A stretch of DNA of 64,000 nucleotides from Negativicutes bacterium (GTDB taxonomy: Bacteria > Bacillota > Negativicutes > UBA1444). Where the stretch lies: NCBI GenBank assembly GCA_963665275.2, contig CAXXIN010000017.1, forward strand, positions 32,001-96,000, written 5' to 3'. The first letter of the stretch is position 1. Every line of letters begins with the position of its first letter. The translations under genes and the position numbers were made by a program. Under the pieces are notes generated by a model that had not been told where the DNA came from, did no database searches, and saw only the letters and a list, made by a program, of their open reading frames with translations. Positions 29,929 to 40,780 of the stretch are shown here, one piece after another.

Positions 29929-32097
29929 TTAGAACATCCCCCTTTCCTGCTGCATCTTGACCAAGGTTTCATTAGCAATTGGATCTGACGCTGATATAGT
30001 CGTCCATACCTGCTGCATCGCAGATTTCTTTTAGTTCTTTGGAAGGTGCGCCAGCCAGGAACACTTTCATTTTCGGCTTCTTTTCCTTGATGAGCTGGGT
30101 TACTGCCGGAGCCAGCTCGGGATATGTCGCATCCGTCGAGCAGACAATCGTGACATCAGCTCCCGAATTCATTGCGGCATCGACAGCTTCTTCCACCGTT
30201 GGGAAACCGTCGTTCGGCATGACTTCAAAATTCGCAACCTGCATAAAGGAAGTTACGAACTCCGCTCTGGCCTTATGCTGCGGAATCGGTCCCATGTTCG
30301 CCAGGAAAATCTTCACGTTTTCTCCTGTGCGAGCCTTAAACGCTTCGGTGCGTTGGCGCATTTCCTCATAGCGTTCCGTCCAACGATGCGGCAGTATGGG
30401 TTCAATCGTCAGCGCTGTCGCGTCGGTTGTCAGGGCGGCGGCAATTTCGCCCATAGTTGCGCCTGCCGTCATGGCCCATTTTGCTACATCAACAAGCACG
30501 CCAGCTTCGCTGCCGTCGCACTCATCCAGCGCTTTCAGCAAACCCTGCACCTGTTTTCCGTCTCGTTTTTTCGCATTCTCCGCCAAGGCTGCCATCCGCT
30601 GCGCTTTGATGGCGACGAAATCAATCGCAGGCACTTCCACCGGAACTTCGGTTACATTGGGATACATGTTGTTGCCAACGGCTCGGTCTGCACGGGTAGC
30701 CAGCTTTTTAAACCGATCATCCAGTACGGTTTTTACAGCCGCCTGAACTTTTTCCGTTTTCAAGGCAAGCGATAATCCCGCCCGCTTTTTCGATTTCCTG
30801 CATTTTCGCCCAGACTTTTTCCGCGAATTCATCAGTAAGTGATTCAATGTACCAAGAGCCACCGGCAGGATCGACCGGCTGCAAGAAGTTGAATTCGCTT
30901 TGCATCATGATTTGAATATTACGCGAGATTCGACGTGAAAATTCGTCGCTGGGGCGAATCACCGAATCAAAGGGTTTGACTGTCATGCCGTCGATCCCGC
31001 CCACCACTGCCGAAAACGACTGGGAAGCCGCCCGCAGCAGGTTGACATAGGGATCATAGGTTGTCTGGGTAAAGGAAGAGGTGCTGACAAACAAGTTGAT
31101 TTTTTTCGCCGCCTGATCTCCGCCAAACGCTTCGACCACTTGCGCCCAGATCATCTTGGCGGCGCGCAGTTTGGCGATTTCCATGAAGAAATTCGCGCCG
31201 ACGCTAAAATGGAAGCGAACATGCTGGGCGAAGCTATTGATATCGATATTTCGAAGTTGCATTGCTTTGATGTAAGTAATTGCCTCGCTCATCGCATACG
31301 CGACTTTCCTGCACATCATTGGCGCCACCGTTATGATAGGTATCCGCGTCAATCATTACGGTTCGGAGCTGTGGCGCATTCGCCCTGGCCCAGGCAATGC
31401 CATGCGCCATTTCATCGTAATACTCGTCCAAAGACCGCGGCAATTTCCCGTCAGCAACCAGCTCGCCAATCGGGTCCATGGTCACTGCACCCTGCAAGTT
31501 TTTTGTCCCAACACCACGTTTCTCCGCCAGCGCTGCAATATTGCCCAGCATCGCGACATTGGAAGCTCCTGCGTGCAGAGCCATTTCATGCTTATCCAGT
31601 TCAATGCCGTCCAATACGGTTTCCAGATCGGACAACGTAGAGAGTGATGCGCCCTGTTTTGCAAACTCGTCATCCGGGGCGTCCTGCACGTCCAGCCCCT
31701 TCATCGTTGCTTTATCCAAACGGAAACTGACAGCGGTCGTACCTTTTAGCAATTCTCGTTTTTCGACCGCATTTGCATCCGCCGGGGTCATGGAATCGCT
31801 TTGTTGGGCGATAGTCCACGGCTTGGACATATACCCTCCCGCATGGAACGCCACGCAAGTTGCTTTCGAGGCCGGGATACGTTTTGCAGTGGGTCAATTT
31901 TTCCGTATCCCGACATGATGTAAATCGGCTTTAACGTAATCCCCTCGTATGTCTTGGTAAACATACTTTTTTCGAAATCGGCGCCCTTGAGGGCCAGAAA
32001 TCGTTTCTTCCTTCCATGTATCATATGAAGTGGGTTCGAATTCGTCGAAGCTAATCTCCGGGAATTCTTTTTCGCCCAACTCTTTCTCTTGTTCCAT
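29929..32097 (-). CDS. mutA: Methylmalonyl-CoA mutase small subunit, several frameshifts
   Basis: [56 protein letters not shown]-like [17 protein letters not shown]. Confidence 0.88.
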
Positions 32098-32262
32098 ATA
32101 GTTAGCCTCTCTCTTTTCAAAAGTTGTAGTTTTGAAAAACAACTATTCGCTTAAAAATTCTCCCAATCGCTTGGTTCAACAGAGTTTACATCCCCCCAAT
32201 CTTCCTTTTCAGACTTTCTACTTGATATTTATGTGGAAAATGGCTTGGATTAACTCATCTCA

Positions 32263-32296
32263 GGTCTGTAACAGACCAATATCGTATAGATGTCAA
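32263..32296 (-). promoter_or_regulatory. Putative mutAB promoter region with palindromic operator
   Basis: TTGACA at 32296-32291 and palindrome GGTCTGT-N-ACAGACC at 32263-32277; -10 element not clearly identified. Confidence 0.45.
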
Positions 32297-32324
32297 TTTC
32301 CACCTCAAATCTTCATCCTGAAGC

Positions 32325-32366
32325 AAAATAAAAGATCCCTCTCCGCCAAAAACAGAAAGGGATCCT
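32325..32366 (-). terminator. Riboswitch-associated intrinsic terminator
   Basis: ggatccctttctg-tttttgg-cggagagggatct followed by tttattt. Confidence 0.7.
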
Positions 32367-32444
32367 TACTTCGCAAAACTTAAGCAACGCCGTCGCCTTA
32401 CGCGAGTCCCCTCCCCCATCGCTCGCGGGTAAAAACGGTGACTC

Positions 32445-32617
32445 TCAAACAGGCAGTTCTCCTGACTTCGGATCATCGCTCGCCGCCCACGCCTTCCCAA
32501 GACCTTGAGTCTCAGTGGCATACTATGGGTTTGCTCCCCGTTACAGTGGCGGGACCGTGCCGGCATTTCACCGGTCTTCCCTATTAAGCCCCGAAGGGCA
32601 CCTGTTCAGCATTATTC
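32445..32617 (-). ncRNA. Cobalamin riboswitch 1 (upstream of mutA)
   Basis: AGGTGC...AATAGGGAA.ACCGGTGAAATGCCGG.ACGGTCCCGCCACTGTAA...GCCACTG...GGGAAGG...AGTCAGGAGAACTGCCT. Confidence 0.95.
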
Positions 32618-32658
32618 AGTTGTCAAACATCATATCCAACTACGCAACCATTTAAAGC

Positions 32659-32956
32659 TCAGTAATGCTCTCGCTGACGCCCGGAAGCACTCGCGACAAA
32701 GGATGGGGCGCCCATCTTTCGGCTCAAATGGCACTTCCGTTTCCGCGCCGCATTCGCTGCAAATCGCCGGATACATTTTTCGGGGGTCCGGATGCGCCGC
32801 CGTTCATCTGCTGTTTGCGCTGCGCCCGGCACGACCGGGCAACGCGCCGGTTCGTTCGCGAAGCCTTTCTCGGCGTAAAACGCCTGTTCACCCGCCGTGA
32901 AGATAAAATCCGCGCCGCATTCCTTGCATTTGAGTGTTTTGTCTTGATACTCCCAT
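32659..32956 (-). CDS. Zinc-ribbon (CxxC-x17-CxxC) protein, frameshifted
   Basis: DKTLKCKECGADFIFTAGEQAFYAEKGFANEPARC; second half AICSECGAETEVPFEPKDGRPILCREC in another frame. Confidence 0.8.
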
Positions 32957-33075
32957 GTTCTCATCTCCTGATTTCTATTTCCTACTGTGATAGGATTAGA
33001 AGTTAATAGTAACAATTCCTATTAACTTCATCTTTATAATATTCCTTCACATCGCGTAGGTCAACCAGGGCAAAC

Positions 33076-33110
33076 AAAATAAAAACTCTTCCCGTTGGTA
33101 CAGGAAGAGT
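33076..33110 (-). terminator. Riboswitch-associated intrinsic terminator
   Basis: actcttcc-tgtaccaacg-ggaagagt followed by ttttattttg. Confidence 0.7.
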
Positions 33111-33202
33111 CGTAATGGAAAATTCAGCCGTGGACAAACGTGTCAAAGCCGCGTTCTTTCCAATAATCTCCTCCCCATCGCTCGTGGGTAAAACGGTGAT
33201 TG

Positions 33203-33372
33203 TCAAACAGGCAGTTCTCCTGACTTCGGATCGTCGCGCGCCCATTCCTTCCCAAGACCTTAAGTCCCAGTGGCATACTATGGGTTTGCTCCCCGTTACA
33301 GTGGCGGGACCGTGCCGGCATTTCACCGGTCTTCCCTATTAAGCCCCGAAGGGCACCTGTTTCGGCTTCATT
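33203..33372 (-). ncRNA. Cobalamin riboswitch 2 (upstream of the zinc-ribbon gene)
   Basis: Same core as riboswitch 1, near-identical sequence. Confidence 0.95.
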
Positions 33373-33395
33373 AGGCCTATGCAATTTACGGTCTT

Positions 33396-33424
33396 ATTCT
33401 ACCCGCTTCACGGAAGGATGTCAA
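33396..33424 (-). promoter_or_regulatory. SigmaA promoter for riboswitch 2 transcript
   Basis: TTGACA-17 nt-TAGAAT. Confidence 0.75.
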
Positions 33425-33559
33425 ATGTTTGAAGTAATGTCGATAGAGACAAGTTTAAGTGCTTAAGAATATCATTTTCAAAAAGTTGACGGAATTTAAA
33501 AACCGGATTTACAATGACGTTATAACAAGACACTACATTGTAACGCTACAATACAAGCA

Positions 33560-34666
33560 CTAGTGGTGATGTCCAGCGCCGGCGCCCACTGATGGCAATC
33601 CCATCATTCCACCGCCCTTTGCACTCGGCGGCAACAAAACCTGCTCACCTTCCTGCAGCCCGGCTCTCAACCTCCACCCGGTCCGGCCCCACTAATCCTT
33701 TGATAATCGGCATTTCCCGGATCTGCCCGTTGTCCAGTACATTTACATAAAAATTGCCTTGGCGGGAGTTTATCGCAATGGCAGGAACCCGTCACCACAT
33801 CTTTCTTTTGAGCCGTTACCACCGTAATCCGAACCGTCATACCCGGCTTGAAAAAAATCAGGTAATGATTCCAAGGATATAGTCACCGGATAATAAACCA
33901 CATTTTGTTGCACCGTGGCTTTTTCAGAAATCATGGCAACCTTGCCGACAAACATCTTATTGACAACGGCATCCAGTGTAAATCCGACTTTTTGTGCAGC
34001 GCGAATCGCCCCGATATCCGACTCGTCGACCAGCACTTGCAACTCCAGCTTGGACACGTCGGCAATGGTCATCAGCACCATCGGGCTGGACAAGCCTGAA
34101 GAGACCGTTTGCCCGGCAGGAACAGGCTTGCCGATTACGGTACCGTCGATGGGTGAACGGATTACCGTATCTTCCAACTGCGCCACCGCATTGGTGAATT
34201 CGCTTTCGGCAACCAAGAGCGCCATGTCGGCCTGGTCCAATTCTTTGGCGGCAATGGCGCCGGCGCTCGCCAGTTTTTTCGCCCGGTCGAATTTTTGCCG
34301 CGCAACCGTCAATCGGGAACGGGTCTCCTCCACCAAGGCCTGATAGTGGCTGCCATCCAGCACCACCAAGACCTGTCCTGCTCTTACTACATCATTTTCC
34401 GCGACCAAAACCTCGACAATCCGCCCGGTAAGTCGGGAAGTTATATCCACCGAATGAACCGCCGCCACCGAACCGGTTGCCTGTACCAACGAACGAATCG
34501 TCCCCCGCGCTATCGTCACAGTCTTCCCGAGCGATGCGGGTTTCTTAGCTTTCTGCCAATAATAAAAAACCGCGCCTGCTGTCACTGCCACGAGCGTCGC
34601 TGCAACAATAACCTTCCAATGACAGTGCAGCATGGATACCATATTGTTTATCCGCAGTTTTTTCAC
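33560..34666 (-). CDS. MacA/HlyD-type periplasmic adaptor, frameshifted near the C-terminus
   Basis: N-terminal TM, ATGSV, IRSPIDGTV, VDESDIG, NVVYYPV; tail ...KGGGMMGLPSVGAGAGHHH* ending at 33560. Confidence 0.8.
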
Positions 34667-34682
34667 CGATTCATCCCAGCCT

Positions 34683-35423
34683 TTATCTTCTTACCCGTTC
34701 CATCGTCCACGCACTTACGCCGATAAGCACCAGCACATACGCGGTGAGATTAATCCAGGAGGCGAGTGGCGCGTCGCCGCCCGCGCCGATGGCTCGCAGC
34801 GCATAGGTACAGTGTGTAAGCGGCAACAATTCAATGATAGTGCGAACTAGATCAGGTAATTTGCTGATGTTGAAAAAAGTTGCGCATAGGAACGACATCG
34901 GCAGCAACACATAGGTGCTGAAGTTCCCCATGTCTTCATGTGAGTTGATCAACATTGCCGCTACGAAACCCAGCCCGGAAAACGCCATACAGTTCAGCGT
35001 CAAAATCAATGCGAATTGTAAATTGACGTGAAAGCGCGCCCCAAATAGATAGGACAAAGCCACGATAATGACGGAAGAAATCAGTCCCCTAGTGGTTCCT
35101 GACAGAACTTTCCCGATTACGAAAGCTATCGGACTAATCGGCGCCACCAGATATTCTTCCAGTGTTTTATGGTACAGACGGCTCATATTTAGAGGCGACC
35201 CCACGGAATTGAAGCTGATATTCATGGAATTCAGCGCCAAGATACCGGGCACAATGAAATCCAGATAGCTGCCACCCTCCACCTGCACGTTGCGCCCAAG
35301 TCCCCACCCAAACGCCACCAGATAAAGTATCGGCGTCACCATGCGGGAGAAAATGAACGTTTTCATACGTTGCCTGAGAACGACCCAATCCCGCCAATAA
35401 ACTGTCGAAATATCCTGAAGCAT
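34683..35423 (-). CDS. ABC-2 type exporter permease
   Basis: YLDFIVPGIL, EEYLVAPIS, LPMSFLCATFF, LLPLTH. Confidence 0.92.
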   Translation of the reverse strand: MLQDISTVYWRDWVVLRQRMKTFIFSRMVTPILYLVAFGWGLGRNVQVEGGSYLDFIVPGILALNSMNISFNSVGSPLNMSRLYHKTLEEYLVAPISPIAFVIGKVLSGTTRGLISSVIIVALSYLFGARFHVNLQFALILTLNCMAFSGLGFVAAMLINSHEDMGNFSTYVLLPMSFLCATFFNISKLPDLVRTIIELLPLTHCTYALRAIGAGGDAPLASWINLTAYVLVLIGVSAWTMERVRR

Positions 35424-36262
35424 TAATCGATCACCTTTCTTCCCGTCATCTCCACAAAGACATCTTCCAGATTGGAGCGCCGGATGGTCGCTGTCAGCGT
35501 CAGAGTTCCGGCAAAATTGCCTGCTTCACTACGATCATGGAAGAAACGAGTCTCGCGTCCGTCTCCCTCCGTCCATTCCACCACATACTCACCGGTGCGC
35601 CGCCGTAGTTCTTCCGGGCTATCGAGAGCGATCAACTTCCCCTTTTCCAGAATCGCGACTCGCCCGCAGAGAGCTTCGGCCTCTTCGATATAGTGCGTCG
35701 TCAGCAATACAGTGAAATTTTCATTTTGCAAACGCCGAATCAAATCCCACAACTTTCTTCGTACTTGGGGGTCAAGTCCTACCGTCGGTTCGTCAAGAAA
35801 AAGAATACGGGGACGATGAAACAAAGCCCGAGCGATCATCAGCCGCCGCTTCATCCCGCCGGATAAGTTTTGCACCTTATCATGGACACGTTCCTGCAGT
35901 TCGACATATTCAAGCAATTCCGCTATTCGCAGCTTTCGGTCATTCGCTTCCATATGGTGTAGCCGCCCATGCAGATCGAGATTTTCTCCCACCGTCAGAT
36001 CCGGGTCCAGGTTGAAATGCTGCGGCACAATCCCCAGTATGGCCTTGACCTTCTCTTCGTCTGCCGGCAACGTACAGTCGTTGATATGAATCTCGCCGGA
36101 GGTCGGTCGCGTCAGCATGGTCAGCATGCGGATGATCGTCGTTTTTCCTGCCCCGTTGGGGCCAAGCAGGCCGAACACTTCCCCCGAACCGATCTCCAAA
36201 TCGAGATGATCCACCGCCACCCGGTCACCGAATTTTTTCACCAGTCCCTTGATCTGTATCAT
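35423..36262 (-). CDS. ABC exporter ATP-binding protein (DrrA/NodI-like)
   Basis: GPNGAGKTT, LSGGMKRR, LDEPTVGLDP, TTHYIEEAE. Confidence 0.93.
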   Translation of the reverse strand: MIQIKGLVKKFGDRVAVDHLDLEIGSGEVFGLLGPNGAGKTTIIRMLTMLTRPTSGEIHINDCTLPADEEKVKAILGIVPQHFNLDPDLTVGENLDLHGRLHHMEANDRKLRIAELLEYVELQERVHDKVQNLSGGMKRRLMIARALFHRPRILFLDEPTVGLDPQVRRKLWDLIRRLQNENFTVLLTTHYIEEAEALCGRVAILEKGKLIALDSPEELRRRTGEYVVEWTEGDGRETRFFHDRSEAGNFAGTLTLTATIRRSNLEDVFVEMTGRKVID

Positions 36263-36284
36263 CGTGCAACCTCTTTTCCTGTTT

Positions 36285-38169
36285 TCAAGATGAAAGTGCG
36301 TTTTGGACAATATGCACCACTGCCGCCTCCGACAGTTCTTGCAGCCGATAATAGGTCGAGCCCATGGAACGTGCCACTTGACGCGCCACAGCCAGCGAGA
36401 TGAAATCGTTTTCCGTGTCGATCACTACACTGGGAATTCCGGTCCGGCCAATTTTTTCAGCAGCGCTTATTGCTGCGGCGATCGGATCACCGCCGTCGTT
36501 GCTGTTGGCCCGTCCATCGGTTATCAGTACCATAATTGGCCCGTGAATTCTTATCTTTCTTCCGCAAGGTTTGCAGCAACGCTAAAGCGCTGCCCAACCC
36601 CTCCGCCAGAGGCGTCTTTCCGCCAGTCGGCAGATCCGCCAGGCATTTCTGAGCCAAATCCACGCTGCGGGTCACCGGCAACAGCACTTCCGCCGTCTTG
36701 CGCCGAAAAGCGATCAAGCCGACCTGATCCCGTTTCTGGTAAACGTCCTGCAGCATAGTGAAAACTGCCCTTTTGACCGTTTTCATCCGTTCCCGCGCCC
36801 CCATCGAACCGCTGGCATCCACCACAAATAAGAATATATTACCGATTCGCTTTTCCCGAACCTTTTGCCGCAAATCTGCTTTTCGAATCGCGATGGCGCA
36901 GCGACCTTTGGGCCGCGAGGATTGATACGGGGCCGCAGCTCGGAGCGTCGCGTCAAAAGCCAGATCCGTTAGTATTCCGGGCGGCAATATGGCGCGAACG
37001 TAGCGTCCCTGCTTCAAGTCGGTACGAGTCAGACTGCGTTTGCCGCTGCCTTGCCGCACTTGTCGATCCTGCGGCAGGTTCACCTGCAATTTCGCCCCCG
37101 AAAAACTCCGGTCAATCTCCGCCGTTCTCTCCTGCCCCTCTCCATTGTCCGGCGGCGGCGGTTCCTCCGATTCGTCCGGTTTATCCGGTGGCGAATCGGA
37201 TGCTTGTTGATCGTCAGTTGGCGGTGGCTGCTCTTGCGCTGAGTCCTCATCCTGCGGCGGCTCTTGATCTTCCGGTGGTTCCGGCGGCTCTTCCGGCGGC
37301 GGGGGCGGGGGCGCATCTTCCTGACGCATCCGGTGAGGCAAAACAAAATAAGCCGCACGCTCCATATCGGCAGGCAGCAGATACTCCCGCTCCGCCAGCG
37401 CCGCAATCGTTCGGGCGACCTCCAGCAAATATAATTCAGCCCGGTGGCCTGCAGAATGGGCCTGGGCGCAATATTGAGCCGCCAACTGCATCATGGCCGG
37501 ATCTATTTCAATCCGTACCAGTCGTTGATGCGCCTCCCGGCATCGTCGCACCAGCTGCTCCGTCTCATCATGGTATTGCGCAACGAAACCTACAGCATCC
37601 TGCTCGTATGCCAGAACACGGCGCAAAATATCAGCCCGCACCTTCGTATCCATTTCCCGCTGCACCGCCGCAAACATGCCGAACCGATCCAGTATGGCCG
37701 GCGTCAGCGTTCCTTCCTCGGGATTCATGGTTCCGATCAAGGTAAGCCGCACTTCGTGCCGGTGGGAAATCCCTTCCCGTTCCACAGCATTGACGCCCCG
37801 ATCCGCCGCTTCCAGTATGCCTGTCAATATTTCCCGGCGGAGCAGGTTGATTTCATCGACATACAGCACTTGATCATGCGCCAGCGCCAACAAGCCTGGA
37901 GAAAACACCTTTCGCCCGCTGGTCATCGCCTGTTCCAGATCGATAGCGCCGAATACCTGATCCTCCGTTGCATTGAGCGGCAGCTCAACAATCTTCCGCA
38001 GCGGGTCGACCTGCGCCAATGCGCGTACCAGCACTGATTTGGCCGACCCTTTCTCTCCCGCGACCAACAGCCCGCCTGCCTTGGGATTCACCACCGCGAT
38101 CAGTAGGGCCTCTTTCACATCGGATTGCCCAACCACTGCCGCAAACGGAAATAATAGCCGCCTACCCAT
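36285..38169 (-). CDS. ChlD/BchD-like chelatase subunit (AAA+, Pro/acidic linker, vWA), frameshift ~36530
   Basis: [18 protein letters not shown], poly-Pro/Glu linker, vWA MIDAS FVVDASGSM, GGKTPLA, LITDGRAN. Confidence 0.9.
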
Positions 38170-38181
38170 GTTGCGCCTCCA

Positions 38182-39210
38182 TCATGCCGGATCAGCGAAC
38201 ATCGCTTCAACAGCGGTCCAGTCCAGAACACCTTCCTCAAAAGGACGGCGACGCATCCGGTGCGGCAATGCCAGTCGAGCCGCGGTCTTCACATCTTCGG
38301 CCAGGATTTGCTCCCGGCCGGCAAACGCCGCCAGCGTCAACGCCGCCTTGATCACCGTGATATCCGCTCGATGCCCATCTACATCCAGTTGGATCGACAG
38401 ATTCGCCACCAACATCAACAGTGCATCATCCACCTGAACTTTCGGCAACAGCTGCCGGGCCCGCAGAATCGACTGCCCCAGTTCCTTTTGCTCCTCTTTA
38501 TAGGTCTCGGCAAAAACATCTGAATCCGCTTCATAGGCCAACCGCCGCTTGATGACTTCTACCCGTCGATCCGCTTCATGCTCCCCGGTCACCGTTACCG
38601 ACAAGCCGAACCGATCCAAAAGTTGCGGCCGTATATCCCCTTCTTCCGGGTTCATGGTCCCCACCAGCACGAACCGGGCCGGGTGCGAATACGATACACC
38701 TTCGCGCTCCACCGTATTGACGCCCATTGCGGCCGCATCCAGCAGCACGTCGACCACATGGTCATCCAGCAGATTGATTTCATCCACATATAAAATATTT
38801 CGATTGGCCTGGGCCAAAATCCCCGGTTCAAACTTTTTTTCACCGAATTGAATGGCGTGTTCGATATCCAGCGTACCCACCACCCGATCTTCGGTGGCGC
38901 TGACCGGCAGTTCTATTACCTTCATCTTGACCGATTGAGTGGGCAACGTTTCTTGCGCCTGAACCCGATCCGCGCATCGCTCGCACAGATGATGCACCTC
39001 CGCCGGGTCGCAGCGAAACGTACAGTCCTTTACCGCCTCCATAGCCGGCAGCAAATCGGCAATCGCCCGCACCGCCGTCGATTTGGCAGTACCCTTTTCC
39101 CCTTTAATCAAAACCCCACCGAGGCCCGGATTGATTACATTCAGGATCAGCGCCAGTTTCATGTCTTCCTGCCCAACAATGGCGGTAAATGGATAAACTC
39201 CTGTTCGCAT
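38182..39210 (-). CDS. ChlI/BchI-like chelatase AAA+ ATPase
   Basis: [58 protein letters not shown]. Confidence 0.95.
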   Translation of the reverse strand: MRTGVYPFTAIVGQEDMKLALILNVINPGLGGVLIKGEKGTAKSTAVRAIADLLPAMEAVKDCTFRCDPAEVHHLCERCADRVQAQETLPTQSVKMKVIELPVSATEDRVVGTLDIEHAIQFGEKKFEPGILAQANRNILYVDEINLLDDHVVDVLLDAAAMGVNTVEREGVSYSHPARFVLVGTMNPEEGDIRPQLLDRFGLSVTVTGEHEADRRVEVIKRRLAYEADSDVFAETYKEEQKELGQSILRARQLLPKVQVDDALLMLVANLSIQLDVDGHRADITVIKAALTLAAFAGREQILAEDVKTAARLALPHRMRRRPFEEGVLDWTAVEAMFADPA

Positions 39211-39222
39211 GTCAAACCCCCT

Positions 39223-40284
39223 TTACTTACTTTCTTGCGTCGTGCTTTTTTGGCGCATTTGATGCTCCCGGATAAAAGCCTGCTTCAAGGTACATTCCGG
39301 CGGATACGGCTCCGAAGCGCAACCGGCGCCATACCAACGGGCAAAACATGCGCCGCCGCACAAGGAAAACGAATCGCAGACCGGGCAAAACGCCATGCTT
39401 CCTCGGATCATTTCGCTGATGTTCCGCAACGCCTTCGGATCTATCCCCGTATCCACATGCCCCAATCGAAAGGCCGGAAATCCCGATAGAGAAGCGCAGG
39501 CGTATATTTCGCCCACTGCATTGACGAAGGCCGCTTCACCGTTCATGGCATGGCAATGGGCGAATCCGCCGCTACACTGAGTGCAGAGGGACTCCACCCG
39601 CTCACGGTGCGAAAAAATCAAAGCCCGCCCCGTCTGGCGTTCAAGTTTGGCTGCTGTCACTAATACTTGATCCAATGCCACCTGCAAATCAGCGGCTGCT
39701 GCCGCCTTCACTCCGACGCCGCGCCCCTGCGCCCGCAGCAAATCAAAGCCGATTTTGCGGACATTGCCCAGATAGTAGGCAATCTCAACGATGCCGCTAA
39801 GATGCTGCACATTGCTATCAGCAACTACGCAAGTAATTCCCGTTTCCACACCCACCGACGCCAAGGTAGCAGCTCCAGTCAAAATTAAGCGACTCGTACC
39901 GCTGCCATCGGGTAATTTCCGCAACGCGTCATTTTGATTGGGCCGTCCATCAAGGCTGATCCCGACGCCGATTTGGTGATCACGCAAAAATATCGCTTTC
40001 GCGTGATCAATCAGCGAGGCATTCGTTTGGATTTGCAGGATGGCAGGAAGTTTTTTCTCCTTGACATAAGCAGCAATCTCTACGATCACGTCAAACGCCA
40101 GTAGCGGCTCCCCGCCGCTAAGTTGCAACACAAAGGGTTTCCCGCCTGCCGCCGCCAAATCTATAGCTTGGCGCGCCGTCGCAAAACTCATGCGTGCCTG
40201 CGGATGCTCATGGGCATAGCAATACACGCAGGCAAAATTGCATTGCCCGGTTAGCCCGAGAATTATCATTCGGATTGGCGGCAA
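39223..40284 (-). CDS. Radical SAM protein with SPASM-type C-terminal Cys cluster
   Basis: CNFACVYC, GGEPLL, QTNA, ISLDG; C-terminal C...YAC...CPVC....CGGAC...C. Start uncertain (TTG 40284 or ATG 40269). Confidence 0.88.
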   Translation of the reverse strand: MPPIRMIILGLTGQCNFACVYCYAHEHPQARMSFATARQAIDLAAAGGKPFVLQLSGGEPLLAFDVIVEIAAYVKEKKLPAILQIQTNASLIDHAKAIFLRDHQIGVGISLDGRPNQNDALRKLPDGSGTSRLILTGAATLASVGVETGITCVVADSNVQHLSGIVEIAYYLGNVRKIGFDLLRAQGRGVGVKAAAAADLQVALDQVLVTAAKLERQTGRALIFSHRERVESLCTQCSGGFAHCHAMNGEAAFVNAVGEIYACASLSGFPAFRLGHVDTGIDPKALRNISEMIRGSMAFCPVCDSFSLCGGACFARWYGAGCASEPYPPECTLKQAFIREHQMRQKSTTQESK

Positions 40285-40300
40285 CGCTCCTTGTCTTAAC

Positions 40301-40336
40301 AAAATAAAAAATCCTTCAGCCTGCAGCTGAAAGATT
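40301..40336 (-). terminator. Riboswitch-associated intrinsic terminator
   Basis: aatctttcagc-tgcag-gctgaaggatt followed by tttt. Confidence 0.65.
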
Positions 40337-40426
40337 CGTGATGCCCTGAAATTTTCGCATGAAAAATTCGCATGGAAAAATCCGGACAGCCTCCTCCCCA
40401 TCGCTCGCAGGTAATAACGGTGACTC

Positions 40427-40598
40427 TAAAACAGGCAGTTCTCCTGACTTCCGGATCTTCACTCGCCCAAACCTTCCCAAGACCTTAAGTCCCAGTGGCA
40501 TATCATGGGTTTGCTCCCCGTTACAGTGGCGGGACCGTGTCGGCATTTCACCGAACTTCCCTATTAAGCCCCGAAGGGCACCTGTCTCTTCTATATTC
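40427..40598 (-). ncRNA. Cobalamin riboswitch 3 (upstream of rSAM-chlI-chlD operon)
   Basis: AGGTGCCC..AATAGGGAAGTTCGGTGAAATGCCGA.ACGGTCCCGCCACTGTAA...AGTCAGGAGAACTGCCT. Confidence 0.95.
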
Positions 40599-40652
40599 AA
40601 TTATCATAGGTTATTTTACTCTTATTAGCAGCCACGAGTCAAGGCAACGCTC

Positions 40653-40763
40653 CTACGCCCGAGAACGGCAATAATCACGATATTTATTAACGGCAGTGAA
40701 AGAACGCACCCTTCCAATGCCCTCATATTCTTCATAGTTGACCACGTACTCATCATTTAGCAA
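40653..40763 (-). pseudogene. Internally deleted remnant of the MenK-like gene
   Basis: LLNDEYVVNYEEYEGIGRVRSFTAVNKYRDYCRSRA* joins two non-adjacent MenK segments (IDEYVVNYEEYAGIG and FFTAVNNFRDYCRQ). Confidence 0.8.
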
Positions 40764-40780
40764 CGCGATCCATTTTAAAT

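Noticed and set aside
32366-33384. Repeated small ORFs such as MPARSRHCNGEQTH (also 40316-40628, 43000-43222, 58442-58711)
   Set aside because: They are translations of the repeated riboswitch sequence, not a peptide family.
33486-33515. Plus-strand promoter-like TTGACG-18-TACAAT pointing antisense into the adaptor gene
   Set aside because: AT-rich region, non-optimal spacing and no downstream feature to support it.
36285-39210. Photosynthetic Mg-chelatase or bacteriochlorophyll pathway
   Set aside because: No other bch/chl genes; the large subunit has CobN-type motifs and the operon is under a cobalamin riboswitch.
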